Below, piece after piece: positions 23,495 through 32,622 of a stretch of 42,123 nucleotides of DNA. Location of the stretch: positions 1 to 42,123 of the IMG/VR virus record IMGVR_UViG_3300030040_000052. One strand, given 5' to 3'. Position 1 is the stretch's first letter; every line of letters starts with the position of its first letter. A program made the translations under genes and the position numbers. Origin of the DNA: a virus. Below the pieces are notes generated by a model that saw only the letters and a program-made list of their open reading frames with translations, was not told the DNA's origin and ran no database searches.

Positions 23495-25239
23495 CAAAAT
23501 CTGTCGCTTCCTTCCATGATTGTTTTGACAATAGAATAAATCTTTGCGTCACCGTCACCAACCAAACGGAGCCGAAGCGTGTCGCACCGGCGTGGCCTGA
23601 TTGGAACGCTGAAGCTTTTCAGCCCCATGCCAAAAGCCGTGCAAAGCTTCACCCATTCTTCATCCTGGTCATATTGTGCGAAAAATTCAATGCGGGTCTG
23701 TTCTCCTGCCCGCATCCGAACGGAAATTTGAGAAAGATACTTTCTGTCAGGGCTGGATAGCCCCAGGTCTCCCGTTTCCGCCATCCATTGAACGCTTGTT
23801 TCCCCTGTATCGCCGCTTCCCAAAAGCGTGATAATGTTCCTGTCAACCGCGTCAACCGCGTATAGCTCGCCCTCCAGGCTGGCAAAGGCGCTTGCGTGAA
23901 GCGCATCTTCCCGATGCCACATTCCTTTTGCCGTGTCGTAAACGAATAGCGCCCACTTGCCGCCGCTTTCCATGCTAATGTAGTACTTGTTCCCGTGTCC
24001 TGCCGCCACTGCATTCCCATAGGGTTCTGTTCCCAGTGCTGCCGACACTTCTACCGGGAAAGAGCCGTCAAAGGCACACACGCCGTTCCTGGATTTATAA
24101 AAAAGCGTCTCATTGACAATTGCAAGGCTGTTCCCGCACCCCGCCTGAACGCCTCTCAGCGCCGTTGTCTGAATCTGGTATTGGCTTGGCATACTGCCAT
24201 AAATTTTATGCACGCAATTTTCTTTGAAAAACAGCGGGTAACCCAGGTGGGCAGCAGCGCCGGTAAACGCGCCGTCCGTGCCGCAGCTGGCGGCATAGCT
24301 GTCCGTGCTTAGTCCCCTGAAATCATTCCAGTTTCGGAAATCACCCAGCTTACAGGCATAGATTTCGTTCACCGTCTGTCCGTTTGCTGCCACGCCGTAC
24401 CGGCATCCCCAAAGCCTGTTTTCTGATTCAATTACGAAATCCATATTGGGGATTTTCCGGCTCACGGTAATAGTGCCCGCTTGAATCGCCGTCTCGCCCA
24501 AAAGCCCCACAACGGTAATCCAGTCGTTTCCTTTCGACCAGATTGTGTGGTTTCCATTCAAGTTTTCTAATCCAGGCACGGTTACGCCGGTGATGGAAAC
24601 GCCGTCATACTGTGAAAATCCAGCCCCGATTCCGTCCGCACTGATTTTGACGTAGGTGCTGCTGATTGTGACCCATGTTTTCGTAGAAGCGGTGTACCGT
24701 TTCAGGGCATTCGGCTTGCCGGAGGTGTCCAGCCAATATTGCAAATCCTTTGGTTCTGCCGGTGCTGTCTCAGACACGCTCACACCGCTGATTTCTCCGC
24801 CGTCAATACTGCACAGGGAAAAATGGACATTCCCGCTGCTGGTAAAGCTGGCTTCTATCTCGCCGTATTGGCTCAAGTCCTCGGTGTTCAGCCATTTTTT
24901 GTCCGGGAAAATAATCACATAAGCGCCCATGGATACAAGCCGCTTTGGGTTGTCCTCCGCCGCCGTACTCAAACCCATGGGAACCGTGCTTTCGCCGTAT
25001 ATAAAATTTCTCCCGTCCACATATCCCAGCTTTTCTTTGGCAATCAGGCCGTTGGGACTTGCGGGCTTTGCATACACGCCCCTTGCTTTCCGGGGAGACA
25101 GCACCGGGTAGCTGTCCGATGTCAAGTTTTTCATGTCATAAAATTCGCCGTTTCCAATCCGCAGGTTGTGGTTGTACCCCCGGAACTCCTCCACCACCTC
25201 CCGGCTGGAAGCCGCCGCCGCCACCGTAGGATAAATCAT
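23494..25239 (-). CDS. Tail nozzle/tubular-like protein (581 aa), function by position
   Basis: TTAGGAGGACGGT-ATG; beta-rich; follows adaptor-like gene as gp12 follows gp11 in T7. Confidence 0.7.
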   Translation of the reverse strand: MIYPTVAAAASSREVVEEFRGYNHNLRIGNGEFYDMKNLTSDSYPVLSPRKARGVYAKPASPNGLIAKEKLGYVDGRNFIYGESTVPMGLSTAAEDNPKRLVSMGAYVIIFPDKKWLNTEDLSQYGEIEASFTSSGNVHFSLCSIDGGEISGVSVSETAPAEPKDLQYWLDTSGKPNALKRYTASTKTWVTISSTYVKISADGIGAGFSQYDGVSITGVTVPGLENLNGNHTIWSKGNDWITVVGLLGETAIQAGTITVSRKIPNMDFVIESENRLWGCRYGVAANGQTVNEIYACKLGDFRNWNDFRGLSTDSYAASCGTDGAFTGAAAHLGYPLFFKENCVHKIYGSMPSQYQIQTTALRGVQAGCGNSLAIVNETLFYKSRNGVCAFDGSFPVEVSAALGTEPYGNAVAAGHGNKYYISMESGGKWALFVYDTAKGMWHREDALHASAFASLEGELYAVDAVDRNIITLLGSGDTGETSVQWMAETGDLGLSSPDRKYLSQISVRMRAGEQTRIEFFAQYDQDEEWVKLCTAFGMGLKSFSVPIRPRRCDTLRLRLVGDGDAKIYSIVKTIMEGSDRF

Positions 25240-25248
25240 ACCGTCCTC

Positions 25249-25623
25249 CTAAAAAAGCATCCGTCTTACCGCCGTTACTGGCATATGCTCCCGGTTATAG
25301 GCCGCCGCATAAGCTGTATACAAAGTGTTGTACATGGTAATTTCTGCGTTATATTTGTCAAATTCACCGTTTGCAAAGTCAATCTGTGCCGCAAGGTAGT
25401 GAATATATGCTTCGTCATAGGGGGCGGGAATCAGCAGCGTTGTGTCAATCGCCGTGCCCGCCGTGTATCCGTCAAAACCGGGGATTGCTGCCCCTTCATG
25501 GGTGTCAATCACCTGCGCTTTAACCGTCCTGTCCAGCCTGTCAAGCCATGCAATTTTCTCAGCATCCGTATAAGTGTTGTATTTGAGGCTGTCCAGCCGT
25601 TCCAATGCTTCCTGAATGGTCAT
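25249..25623 (-). CDS. Head-tail adaptor-like protein (124 aa), function by position
   Basis: ATG 25623 7 nt after GGAGGG (track start 25644 is TTG). Confidence 0.65.
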   Translation of the reverse strand: MTIQEALERLDSLKYNTYTDAEKIAWLDRLDRTVKAQVIDTHEGAAIPGFDGYTAGTAIDTTLLIPAPYDEAYIHYLAAQIDFANGEFDKYNAEITMYNTLYTAYAAAYNREHMPVTAVRRMLF

Positions 25624-25676
25624 GTCGTTTCCCTCCAATTCCAAAAAAGGGGAGCATAAAGCCCCCCAATTTTGTG

Positions 25677-25946
25677 TTAACCGCCGATTCTTGCTCTGGC
25701 GGAGGCGTTTACCGCCTGTTCTTCTCCTTGAATGTTGTTGATTTTGGCGCTGTAGCTGTCCACCGCCTCTACACTGCGGTGGTACTCCTCCGCCACATAC
25801 TCAGGCACCTTGCTGGTCTCCCCCTTGGGCAGCAGCCAGTTCTTCCCGTTTACGCCAATCATAAGGCAGGGTTCTTCATTGCTTCTGCCCCGGGGAATCC
25901 GAAGCTCCACCAGCTTCTCCCAGGTGGTTTTCTTTTCGTCAGCCAT
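25677..25946 (-). CDS. Hypothetical head-module protein (89 aa)
   Basis: GGAAGGAGACAAAAA-ATG directly after capsid gene. Confidence 0.7.
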   Translation of the reverse strand: MADEKKTTWEKLVELRIPRGRSNEEPCLMIGVNGKNWLLPKGETSKVPEYVAEEYHRSVEAVDSYSAKINNIQGEEQAVNASARARIGG

Positions 25947-25961
25947 TTTTTGTCTCCTTCC

Positions 25962-27053
25962 TTAATTCAGCTCATCGGTTGCGGAGAAGGTGGAGCAGCT
26001 CATAATGCGCAGCACTCGTTCGGTGTACAGCACCGTTGTGCCAAACTCGAACTTGTAGCCCACGGTGCTGAACTGGTTCAGGGGGCCTCCCACTTCTTCC
26101 CGGCTCTTGATGATGGTTTCCAGGTTCCCGCCCTCCGGGTCAATGATGCCAAACGCATCCTTACCGAACATATAGCTGGCATAGGTAGCGCCGTTGGCCT
26201 TGTTCTTGTAGGTTTCTCCACCCAGCACCGGGGCAAACACGTTTTCGATAAACCGCACGCCGTGCAGCTCACCGATTTCGCCGTTGAAAATTTCACTGGT
26301 GGCAGCGTACTTGTGCGCCTCGATCCAGTCCTTGCAGTTCCGCAGGTCGTAAGCCACAGAGGGGGACACCACGCAGTAGTATTTTCCGTTGATGGTGGGC
26401 ACGCGGTTCATCTTCATAATGCGCACCGCCTTGGCAACCATCAACGGAGTGAACATGCTCATCACCGTGGCGCTGGCCTCCATGGTGGCGCAGCTGGTAG
26501 GGGTAGATGCAACAGCGTTGGTTGCAAGGGTGATGTTGTCGCAGTACAGCACGTTGGTATTGGTCAACAGGCTGTCTCGGATAAGCGTCTCCTGGGTCTT
26601 GCTGGCAGATGCACCCATTTCTTCCGTTGCGCCCAGGATGGTGTTGTCGTATGCGTGGAACTCCAGGATGTCAGAGATGGCGGCAAAGGTGCCAAACTGG
26701 TCAATGGTCGCCACCTTGCTGCTCATGCCGAACTTCTGGCCGGTGGGGATCACGCCTTCCTGAAGCTTGGAGGCGTTGGCAAAGGTGTTCCACTTTCTCC
26801 ACTCCATGGTAGTGCCGTGGTTTCTGGGTAGGTTCTGCTTCTTGGCGAATTGGCCGTAATAAGCTTCAATTCTGGCATTTTCCAGCAGTTCCGTGTCGTA
26901 GAACGTCTTCATTTCGCCAGACATGGTGTTCTTGGTGTCGAAGTTCGTCTTCTCCCCGGTATAGGCGTTGACATAGGTGGTGCTTGCGTTCACCAGCGTA
27001 CCGGCTTCCGCAAACAGCTGAAGATTCAGGGTAATCATTTTGATTTCAAACAT
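25962..27053 (-). CDS. Major capsid protein (HK97-fold, N4-gp56-like from memory) with L27-type leader
   Basis: GGAGGAGAATAAAAA-ATG; N-terminus MFEIKMITLNLQLFA/EAG; FYDTELLENAR..EWRKW..LQEGVIPTG pattern. Confidence 0.9.
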   Translation of the reverse strand: MFEIKMITLNLQLFAEAGTLVNASTTYVNAYTGEKTNFDTKNTMSGEMKTFYDTELLENARIEAYYGQFAKKQNLPRNHGTTMEWRKWNTFANASKLQEGVIPTGQKFGMSSKVATIDQFGTFAAISDILEFHAYDNTILGATEEMGASASKTQETLIRDSLLTNTNVLYCDNITLATNAVASTPTSCATMEASATVMSMFTPLMVAKAVRIMKMNRVPTINGKYYCVVSPSVAYDLRNCKDWIEAHKYAATSEIFNGEIGELHGVRFIENVFAPVLGGETYKNKANGATYASYMFGKDAFGIIDPEGGNLETIIKSREEVGGPLNQFSTVGYKFEFGTTVLYTERVLRIMSCSTFSATDELN

Positions 27054-27096
27054 TTTTTATTCTCCTCCATTTTGTTTTTCGGAAGAGAAACCCCCG

Positions 27097-28134
27097 CTAC
27101 ATTCCGGGATAAATTTTCTCTCCCCTGGCAGCAGCGGCACGGATTCTGGCTTTCAGCGCCTCCCGCTCCTGCCGCGTTGCCTTTGCGTAATCGAATGTGG
27201 TCACAGAGGAAGCTTGGCGGTCAACTCCCGCCTCGTCCGGTCTTCTGGCGTTGGCCTGGACAGATGCCGTCAGCTTTTGGGATGCCTCCTGCAAAGCCTT
27301 TTGCACCGCCGTCTGCACCAGCTCGTTGTGATGGGCGGCGAAATAGGCCGTCTGCAAGGGAACCGGATTGTCCGGGTTGTCCACCATGCGGCGGAACACC
27401 TCGTTGCTCTCCCGCTCGGCCATCAGGTCGAAGTTCGGAAACAGCTTTTTCATTTCCTCCGCTTCAGAAATCACCCTGGCGGCGTGCTCTCGCAGCCGCT
27501 TGTCCTGAATGCTTTCTTGCTCTGCTTGCTGGCTCTGCCGAATCTGCCGGATGGTGTCGGCGCTTACGCCAAAGGCGCTGGCCTCCTGTTCCTCCCGCTG
27601 GTGGTCTGCTGCATCTCCAACCGCCTTTGCAATGGCGTTCAGGTCGATGTTTTCGGCATCCAGGCCGTATTGCTGCGCCAGAAGGGGGGCAATCATGCTG
27701 GTGAATCCCTCCGCCTGGCTTGCCTTGGCAACCCTGGCTTTCATGGTTTCCTGCATGGCCTTGTTGTAGTCCGGGTCTTTCATCAGCTCGTCCCAGCTGG
27801 GCTTTTCCGGCTTTCCTGCCTGTTCTTCGGCCTGTTCCGGTTCTTCCTCTTTTTTCTGTTCGGTGGTCTGCGTCTGTGCCGTGGCGTCCGGCTGTGGCTG
27901 GGCTGCCGCCGGAGGAACGGTCTGGCCGCTTCTCTTGGCTCTGGCATCTCGCCGTTTCGCCCATCGCTCCACTTTGTCCTTTGGAACATTCAGTTCCAGT
28001 AGTCTTTGCTGTTCGGCGTCAACAGCATTTTCGCCCGTTTCCGCTGCCGCGGCTGCCCCACCGTCTGGCCCTGCGCCGTCTCCGGCACCATCGGCAAACA
28101 GCTGCAAGTCCAGCAGCGCTTTGAAAAATTCCAT
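27097..28134 (-). CDS. Scaffolding protein (345 aa) with L27-type leader
   Basis: ATG 28134 after CGGAGGG; MEFFKALLDLQLFA/DGAG; Ala/Glu/Gln-rich helical; precedes capsid gene. Confidence 0.8.
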   Translation of the reverse strand: MEFFKALLDLQLFADGAGDGAGPDGGAAAAAETGENAVDAEQQRLLELNVPKDKVERWAKRRDARAKRSGQTVPPAAAQPQPDATAQTQTTEQKKEEEPEQAEEQAGKPEKPSWDELMKDPDYNKAMQETMKARVAKASQAEGFTSMIAPLLAQQYGLDAENIDLNAIAKAVGDAADHQREEQEASAFGVSADTIRQIRQSQQAEQESIQDKRLREHAARVISEAEEMKKLFPNFDLMAERESNEVFRRMVDNPDNPVPLQTAYFAAHHNELVQTAVQKALQEASQKLTASVQANARRPDEAGVDRQASSVTTFDYAKATRQEREALKARIRAAAARGEKIYPGM

Positions 28135-28235
28135 GAGTAAACCCTCCGGTATTTTATCTGCCGCTTTTGGGGCGGCGAATCCCACGGTTATATGATACGT
28201 TCCTTTTTTTTTGATTTCTAAACCCACAGCGGGCA

Positions 28236-28264
28236 TAAAAAAATAAGGCTGGCAAATGCCAGCC
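28236..28264 (-). terminator. Rho-independent terminator between prp and scaffold genes
   Basis: Minus strand GGCTGGC-ATTT-GCCAGCC followed by TTATTTTTTT, 8 nt after prp stop. Confidence 0.65.
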
Positions 28265-28271
28265 CCATTTC

Positions 28272-28595
28272 TCAGCCGTGTACGTGATAGCTTATCACGT
28301 CCGGGTATTTTTCTTCCAACAGTGCAAAGCCGATGCACACCGCTTCAAAAAAAGCCCTTACAATGTTTTTGTACGCTCCCGATGGGGTACAGGAAATCTC
28401 CGCATCCCCGTTTTCCAGCCGGATTTCCGGTTCTGCCACCTTTCCCAGCCGGTGCAGCTGCGCCACATTCTCCGCCAGCGTGTAGGTCAGTGTCGATACC
28501 GCCGCGCATACCAGGTCTTGCCCCGCCGGTGCTGTCCCTGCATGGCCTTTTACCGTCACCCGAGGGAATTGTCGGTTGTAATCAATAACCACCAT
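28272..28595 (-). CDS. prp: Prp-family (DUF464) cysteine protease
   Basis: KGHAGTAPAGQDLVCAAVSTLTY matches the GHA..D.VCAAVS His/Cys signature of ribosomal-processing protease Prp. Confidence 0.85.
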   Translation of the reverse strand: MVVIDYNRQFPRVTVKGHAGTAPAGQDLVCAAVSTLTYTLAENVAQLHRLGKVAEPEIRLENGDAEISCTPSGAYKNIVRAFFEAVCIGFALLEEKYPDVISYHVHG

Positions 28596-28597
28596 CT

Positions 28598-30532
28598 CTA
28601 TGCCTCCCCGCCGGTGCTGGCCGCTCCCGCCGCCCGCTTTCTGGCATTTTGCACAATGGTTGGCTCCTGCTTCTGGATGCCGCCGATGTTGTCACCCTGA
28701 TAGATGCTGGTCGTTCCAACCGTGCCCCCGGTGCCCCCGGCCATGGTGATGTTTACATCCTGGGCAATGGTCTGGGCGGCCTCCGGTTCATATCGTTCTG
28801 CCAGCGTCAGCGCCAGCTGCATATATTGCAGCAGCTTTTGATACATAGTGCCCTGCTGGCTGATTTTCTGCATCAGTTGCGCCTTGCCCTCGAAGTCCAT
28901 CATGTCCATGCACTGCAGCGCCTGGTCTGCCATCTGGGGATTAAAAAAGCCAAGATTGAAAAATTGCAGTGCCAATTCGTTCTGGGTGACCTTGGTGTAC
29001 ACATTGTGTTTTTGGGCGGAGATTTTAATATCAAAGGCAGGAACCCGGTACCCCATGTCCATGCCGAAATCATTGCCCTGATACTGCGGCTGGATGCCGC
29101 TGTTGTCGTAACTGACAAACTCCTGTGCCCCATACTCGCCAACAATTCTGAACTGCCGGGGAGCATCATAAAACTGCCGGATAAGCTCAATGCAAAATTC
29201 CACAATCTGCGAGTACGCCCGATAGCTGGCCTGGGTGCTGTCCCGGCTCCCCTTGCCGCTGGCCTCCTGCAAGGCTGCAATGGCACTGGCTGCCGTCACC
29301 CCGCTTTGGATATTGCCGGTGCTGGTCTCCGTGTTGCCGCTGGTCTCCCGCAGCTCTTGGATGGTGGCCTGCATCACGTTGATGTAGTTGCCGTCCAGAG
29401 GGTTATGCGCAATGGGCTTTAAGTATCTCTCGTCCACATTGGGCACATGCACAAAGGGCTTGCTTGTGTCGGCCATTTCGTTTTCGTTTACGCCGCCATC
29501 ACCCCGGACGAAATACCGGGGCGTTGCCCCAACCATGGCATTCTTCACGAAGGCGGTTTTCAGCAGGTCAATTTCTGTCTGCGGCGACTTGCAAATGTCG
29601 ATGTAGCCATATCCGCAGGGGCTTCCCTCGATGGGGTACAGGGCATCAAACACATAGGGGTATTTGCCGTGGTCGTATAGCCCTCTTTCCGCCATCTCCG
29701 GTTCATTCTCTGTGGCATAAAGCACGGTGTCACCGATGTATTTGCAGTATTGCAGCGTGTTTTTCCCGTTGACCCGCTTCCGGTAATACACCTCAATCAC
29801 GGTAAACTTATCTTCCGTGCTTACCGTGTCATCGTATAGGAATTTAGCCGACACAAACCCATTGCTTTTCAGCTTGCTTTCCAGCTCGGGGTATTGCTCC
29901 ACCAGCACCTCCTTGTCCCGCAGTTCCGTGTGGAATAGGAATCGGCTTTGCTGGATGTCCGTCACCCCAGGCTCCCAGTAGATGTTCAGCAAATTCACAT
30001 TCTCAACAGAAATGTCACCCAGGCCGTTCAGCTTGTTCTTCGACCACACGATTTTGTAAACCCCGGTGCCGGTTTTCAGCTTTTGCCACATGGCATCGGA
30101 ATAGGTTCGTTCAAATTGATTCTGTTCCAGCACGCAGGGGATGATGTGGCTCAACATCTGCGCTTCCTGCCGGTCTCCCCGCTCCCGTGGGAGGATGTTC
30201 GGTTCCGGGTAGCTTTCCATGGCATCTGCGTGTTTTGCCACGATAACGTTGTGCAGCCAGCCAGAGGAGGACACCCATCCGCCATCCTTCCCGATTCTGG
30301 TTTTCTCCAGCTCCTCGGCGCTGTTCCGCAGCTTCCACCATTGTTCACTTGCCTGGATTCTGGCGGTGGTTCTGGCCTTGCCGCCGTTATATTTTTTCAG
30401 GATGTCTGTAAATTTAAAAAGCTGCTCCTGCCCGATGGGCTTTGCCGCCATTCCCTCCGACATCGTCCCCTCGGCGGGGAGAAGCCCGCCCTTCCCGGCA
30501 GCCGCCAGCCCCAGAATACCGCCATTTTCCAT
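28598..30532 (-). CDS. Portal protein (644 aa)
   Basis: CGGAGGTAAAAAAAC-ATG; directly after terL; size and LKKYNGGKA..ASEQWWKLRN N-terminal pattern typical of portal proteins. Confidence 0.9.
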   Translation of the reverse strand: MENGGILGLAAAGKGGLLPAEGTMSEGMAAKPIGQEQLFKFTDILKKYNGGKARTTARIQASEQWWKLRNSAEELEKTRIGKDGGWVSSSGWLHNVIVAKHADAMESYPEPNILPRERGDRQEAQMLSHIIPCVLEQNQFERTYSDAMWQKLKTGTGVYKIVWSKNKLNGLGDISVENVNLLNIYWEPGVTDIQQSRFLFHTELRDKEVLVEQYPELESKLKSNGFVSAKFLYDDTVSTEDKFTVIEVYYRKRVNGKNTLQYCKYIGDTVLYATENEPEMAERGLYDHGKYPYVFDALYPIEGSPCGYGYIDICKSPQTEIDLLKTAFVKNAMVGATPRYFVRGDGGVNENEMADTSKPFVHVPNVDERYLKPIAHNPLDGNYINVMQATIQELRETSGNTETSTGNIQSGVTAASAIAALQEASGKGSRDSTQASYRAYSQIVEFCIELIRQFYDAPRQFRIVGEYGAQEFVSYDNSGIQPQYQGNDFGMDMGYRVPAFDIKISAQKHNVYTKVTQNELALQFFNLGFFNPQMADQALQCMDMMDFEGKAQLMQKISQQGTMYQKLLQYMQLALTLAERYEPEAAQTIAQDVNITMAGGTGGTVGTTSIYQGDNIGGIQKQEPTIVQNARKRAAGAASTGGEA

Positions 30533-30538
30533 GTTTTT

Positions 30539-31963
30539 TTACCTCCGATTTTTATCAAAATTGAACTGGTTCAGGGGGTCACCATACACCAGTTCTTCCT
30601 TTTTCGCCGCCACCGGCTTAATTGGCCGTGACATACACATATACCGCACTTCATCCGCCACATGGTCTTCCATGTCGGTATCCAGGTCTTCCGGCTTTGT
30701 CTGGCTGTACATCATCAGCGGAATTGTGCGGGTAAACGCATTGCATCCTTCAAAAACATACATTCGCGCATAGCCGTTGTCGTCAAATTGCAGCCGGTAG
30801 TGTACCTGCATCCACCCCGGAATCCGTGCATTGTCACCTGGGGAGAAGTAAATCCCATACCGTTCCGCCGTTTCTGCAATTCTTTCTCCCCGGCTGGCGT
30901 CCCAGATAGCCGGGTCTGCAACACTGTCCACAATCTTCCTGCCCTTCAGCCATGGGTGTTCATTTTCAAACTCCCGAAAGCGCCGGAATTGTTCATCCGG
31001 CGACCATTTCACGCCCTCGTTCGGTTCTTTTGTGCAGCCGTATATCTCTAAAATCCGGTATAATACCCCATCGTAATCCACCGCCCAGTACCCCAGGGAG
31101 AAGGGCTTCCCATAGCCAAAATCATACGACCGCATGATATTCCACCCTCGCCGTTCACCGCTGTTCAGGTCAAAGGGCTTGATGACGTGTGTCCAGCGCC
31201 CCTGCTCCCGGGCTTCCTCCACCGTGATTCCGGCATCATGGCATTTAACGGCATCCGGTTCTGCCCTGAAATCCTCAAAAAACTGCCCTTCGTACACATC
31301 CCATTTCCCGTAAAGCCACGCCTCCCGCAGCTTCGGGGGCAAGGCTTCCAGCTGCGCGATGTATTCCGGCTGGCTTTCCATCAGCGCCCGGTTGTCCTGC
31401 ACCAGAGCCTGGGTAAAGCTGTAGTCCTCCGGCTTCTCAGCCTCCTCAAATCGCCGGTCGATGAACAGCCGCTTGATATAGCCGTGGGAAGCGCCGCCGG
31501 GGTTGCAGGTGTAATAGGTGCGCTTCGGAAAACTATTCACGCCACGCACACAGGCGTTGATTTCTTTTATCCATGCCTCCTGCAATTGGGTCGCTTCGTC
31601 CAGAAAAATCACATCATATTCCGCACCCTGGTACTGCCCCAAGTCCCCATCGCAGTCGCAATAGCCGAAATTTATCGTGCTTCCGTTTGGAAAAGTGAAC
31701 ACTTTTTCGCTTTTGTTGAACTTTGCCAGACCGTGCAATTCTTTCCGCAGTGGATTGATGTGATTGTTGTACAGCTCCCGGTAGGTGCGCCGGACAATCA
31801 GCACCTTGATTCCGGCATAGACAGCCGCCAGAATCTTGGCCTTGGTTCTGACCGCCCAGCTCTTGCCGCCGCCCCGTGCCCCACCGTAGCCAACATGACG
31901 ATGGCCGTCCGTCAAAAAGCGGTACTGCTTGTCGCTGATTTTTGATAAGTCAATTGCACTCAC
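30539..31963 (-). CDS. terL: Terminase large subunit
   Basis: GTG 31963 in GTGA overlap with terS; Walker A GGARGGGKSW, Walker B VIFLDEAT, C-terminal nuclease-like region. Confidence 0.95.
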   Translation of the reverse strand: MSAIDLSKISDKQYRFLTDGHRHVGYGGARGGGKSWAVRTKAKILAAVYAGIKVLIVRRTYRELYNNHINPLRKELHGLAKFNKSEKVFTFPNGSTINFGYCDCDGDLGQYQGAEYDVIFLDEATQLQEAWIKEINACVRGVNSFPKRTYYTCNPGGASHGYIKRLFIDRRFEEAEKPEDYSFTQALVQDNRALMESQPEYIAQLEALPPKLREAWLYGKWDVYEGQFFEDFRAEPDAVKCHDAGITVEEAREQGRWTHVIKPFDLNSGERRGWNIMRSYDFGYGKPFSLGYWAVDYDGVLYRILEIYGCTKEPNEGVKWSPDEQFRRFREFENEHPWLKGRKIVDSVADPAIWDASRGERIAETAERYGIYFSPGDNARIPGWMQVHYRLQFDDNGYARMYVFEGCNAFTRTIPLMMYSQTKPEDLDTDMEDHVADEVRYMCMSRPIKPVAAKKEELVYGDPLNQFNFDKNRR

Positions 31964-32421
31964 ACTTCAAACCCCTCTGGCAAGCCGCTGATAACCAGCT
32001 GCGCGGCGTTTTTACCATCATCGTCTCTGTCTGCCTTGCTACGCAATGCGGCAATGCGGGCTTCCTGCTCCGCCTGGTCACCTGCGCTTTTAATCCCCAC
32101 AATCTCGCGGATGTCCTTGACCGCCGCCGTCAGCGCACGGATCTCCTTGGGGGTGATGTCATCCTTCAAGGCATCCAGCACCTTGTCCAGCATCAGACCG
32201 GCGGAATCGTATATCCGGGTCGCCATGTCCGCCTTGGCCTGTGCGGCGGCATCAGCTGCCAGCGTGGCCGATTTGTCTACCACCTGTTGGCGCAGCCCCA
32301 CCCAGTCTTCCGCCTTTGCCCGCTTCCCTAGTGTCCGCAGCGGCACACCATATTTTGCAGCCAGCTGCCTATATGTCACGCCGCCTTGGATGTATTCATC
32401 TCTCGCCGCCGTCCAATCCAC
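31960..32421 (-). CDS. terS: Terminase small subunit (HTH)
   Basis: GTG 32421 after GGGGGTGA; YRQLAAKYGVPLRTLGKRAKAEDW HTH; immediately upstream of terL. Confidence 0.75.
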   Translation of the reverse strand: MDWTAARDEYIQGGVTYRQLAAKYGVPLRTLGKRAKAEDWVGLRQQVVDKSATLAADAAAQAKADMATRIYDSAGLMLDKVLDALKDDITPKEIRALTAAVKDIREIVGIKSAGDQAEQEARIAALRSKADRDDDGKNAAQLVISGLPEGFEV

Positions 32422-32501
32422 GCTCCGTCACCCCCTTTTTCCCCATTGTATCAAATCACCATAGCGGGCGCTAAACCCCGCCGGTGTTCGCATTTTGTGA
32501 T

Positions 32502-32539
32502 ATTGCCTATATTTTGCCGTTTTTTATTGTCTATATTTT
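32502..32539 (+). repeat. Two 14-bp direct repeats ATTGyCTATATTTT, 24-bp period
   Basis: 32502-32515 ATTGCCTATATTTT and 32526-32539 ATTGTCTATATTTT in the terS/accessory-operon intergenic region. Confidence 0.4.
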
Positions 32540-32553
32540 CATCTTGCTTTGTC

Positions 32554-32588
32554 TTGCATTGTATCACAATGTATGCTATAATCTAGAT
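32554..32588 (+). promoter_or_regulatory. Accessory-operon promoter TTGCAT-17-TGcTATAAT with palindromic operators
   Basis: TTGCAT 32554-32559, TATAAT 32577-32582 with TGc; palindrome CATTGTATCACAATG 32557-32571 spans the -35/spacer; ATCTAGAT 32581-32588 at the predicted start site. Confidence 0.6.
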
Positions 32589-32622
32589 GTAAATCAAAGG
32601 GGCGCGAAGCCCAGAAAGGGAA

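Noticed and set aside
26850-28002. Plus-strand ORFs 26850-27704 and 27040-28002 opposite the scaffold/capsid genes
   Set aside because: They are Pro/Arg/Gly-rich shadow frames of GC-rich minus-strand genes with clear scaffold and capsid features.
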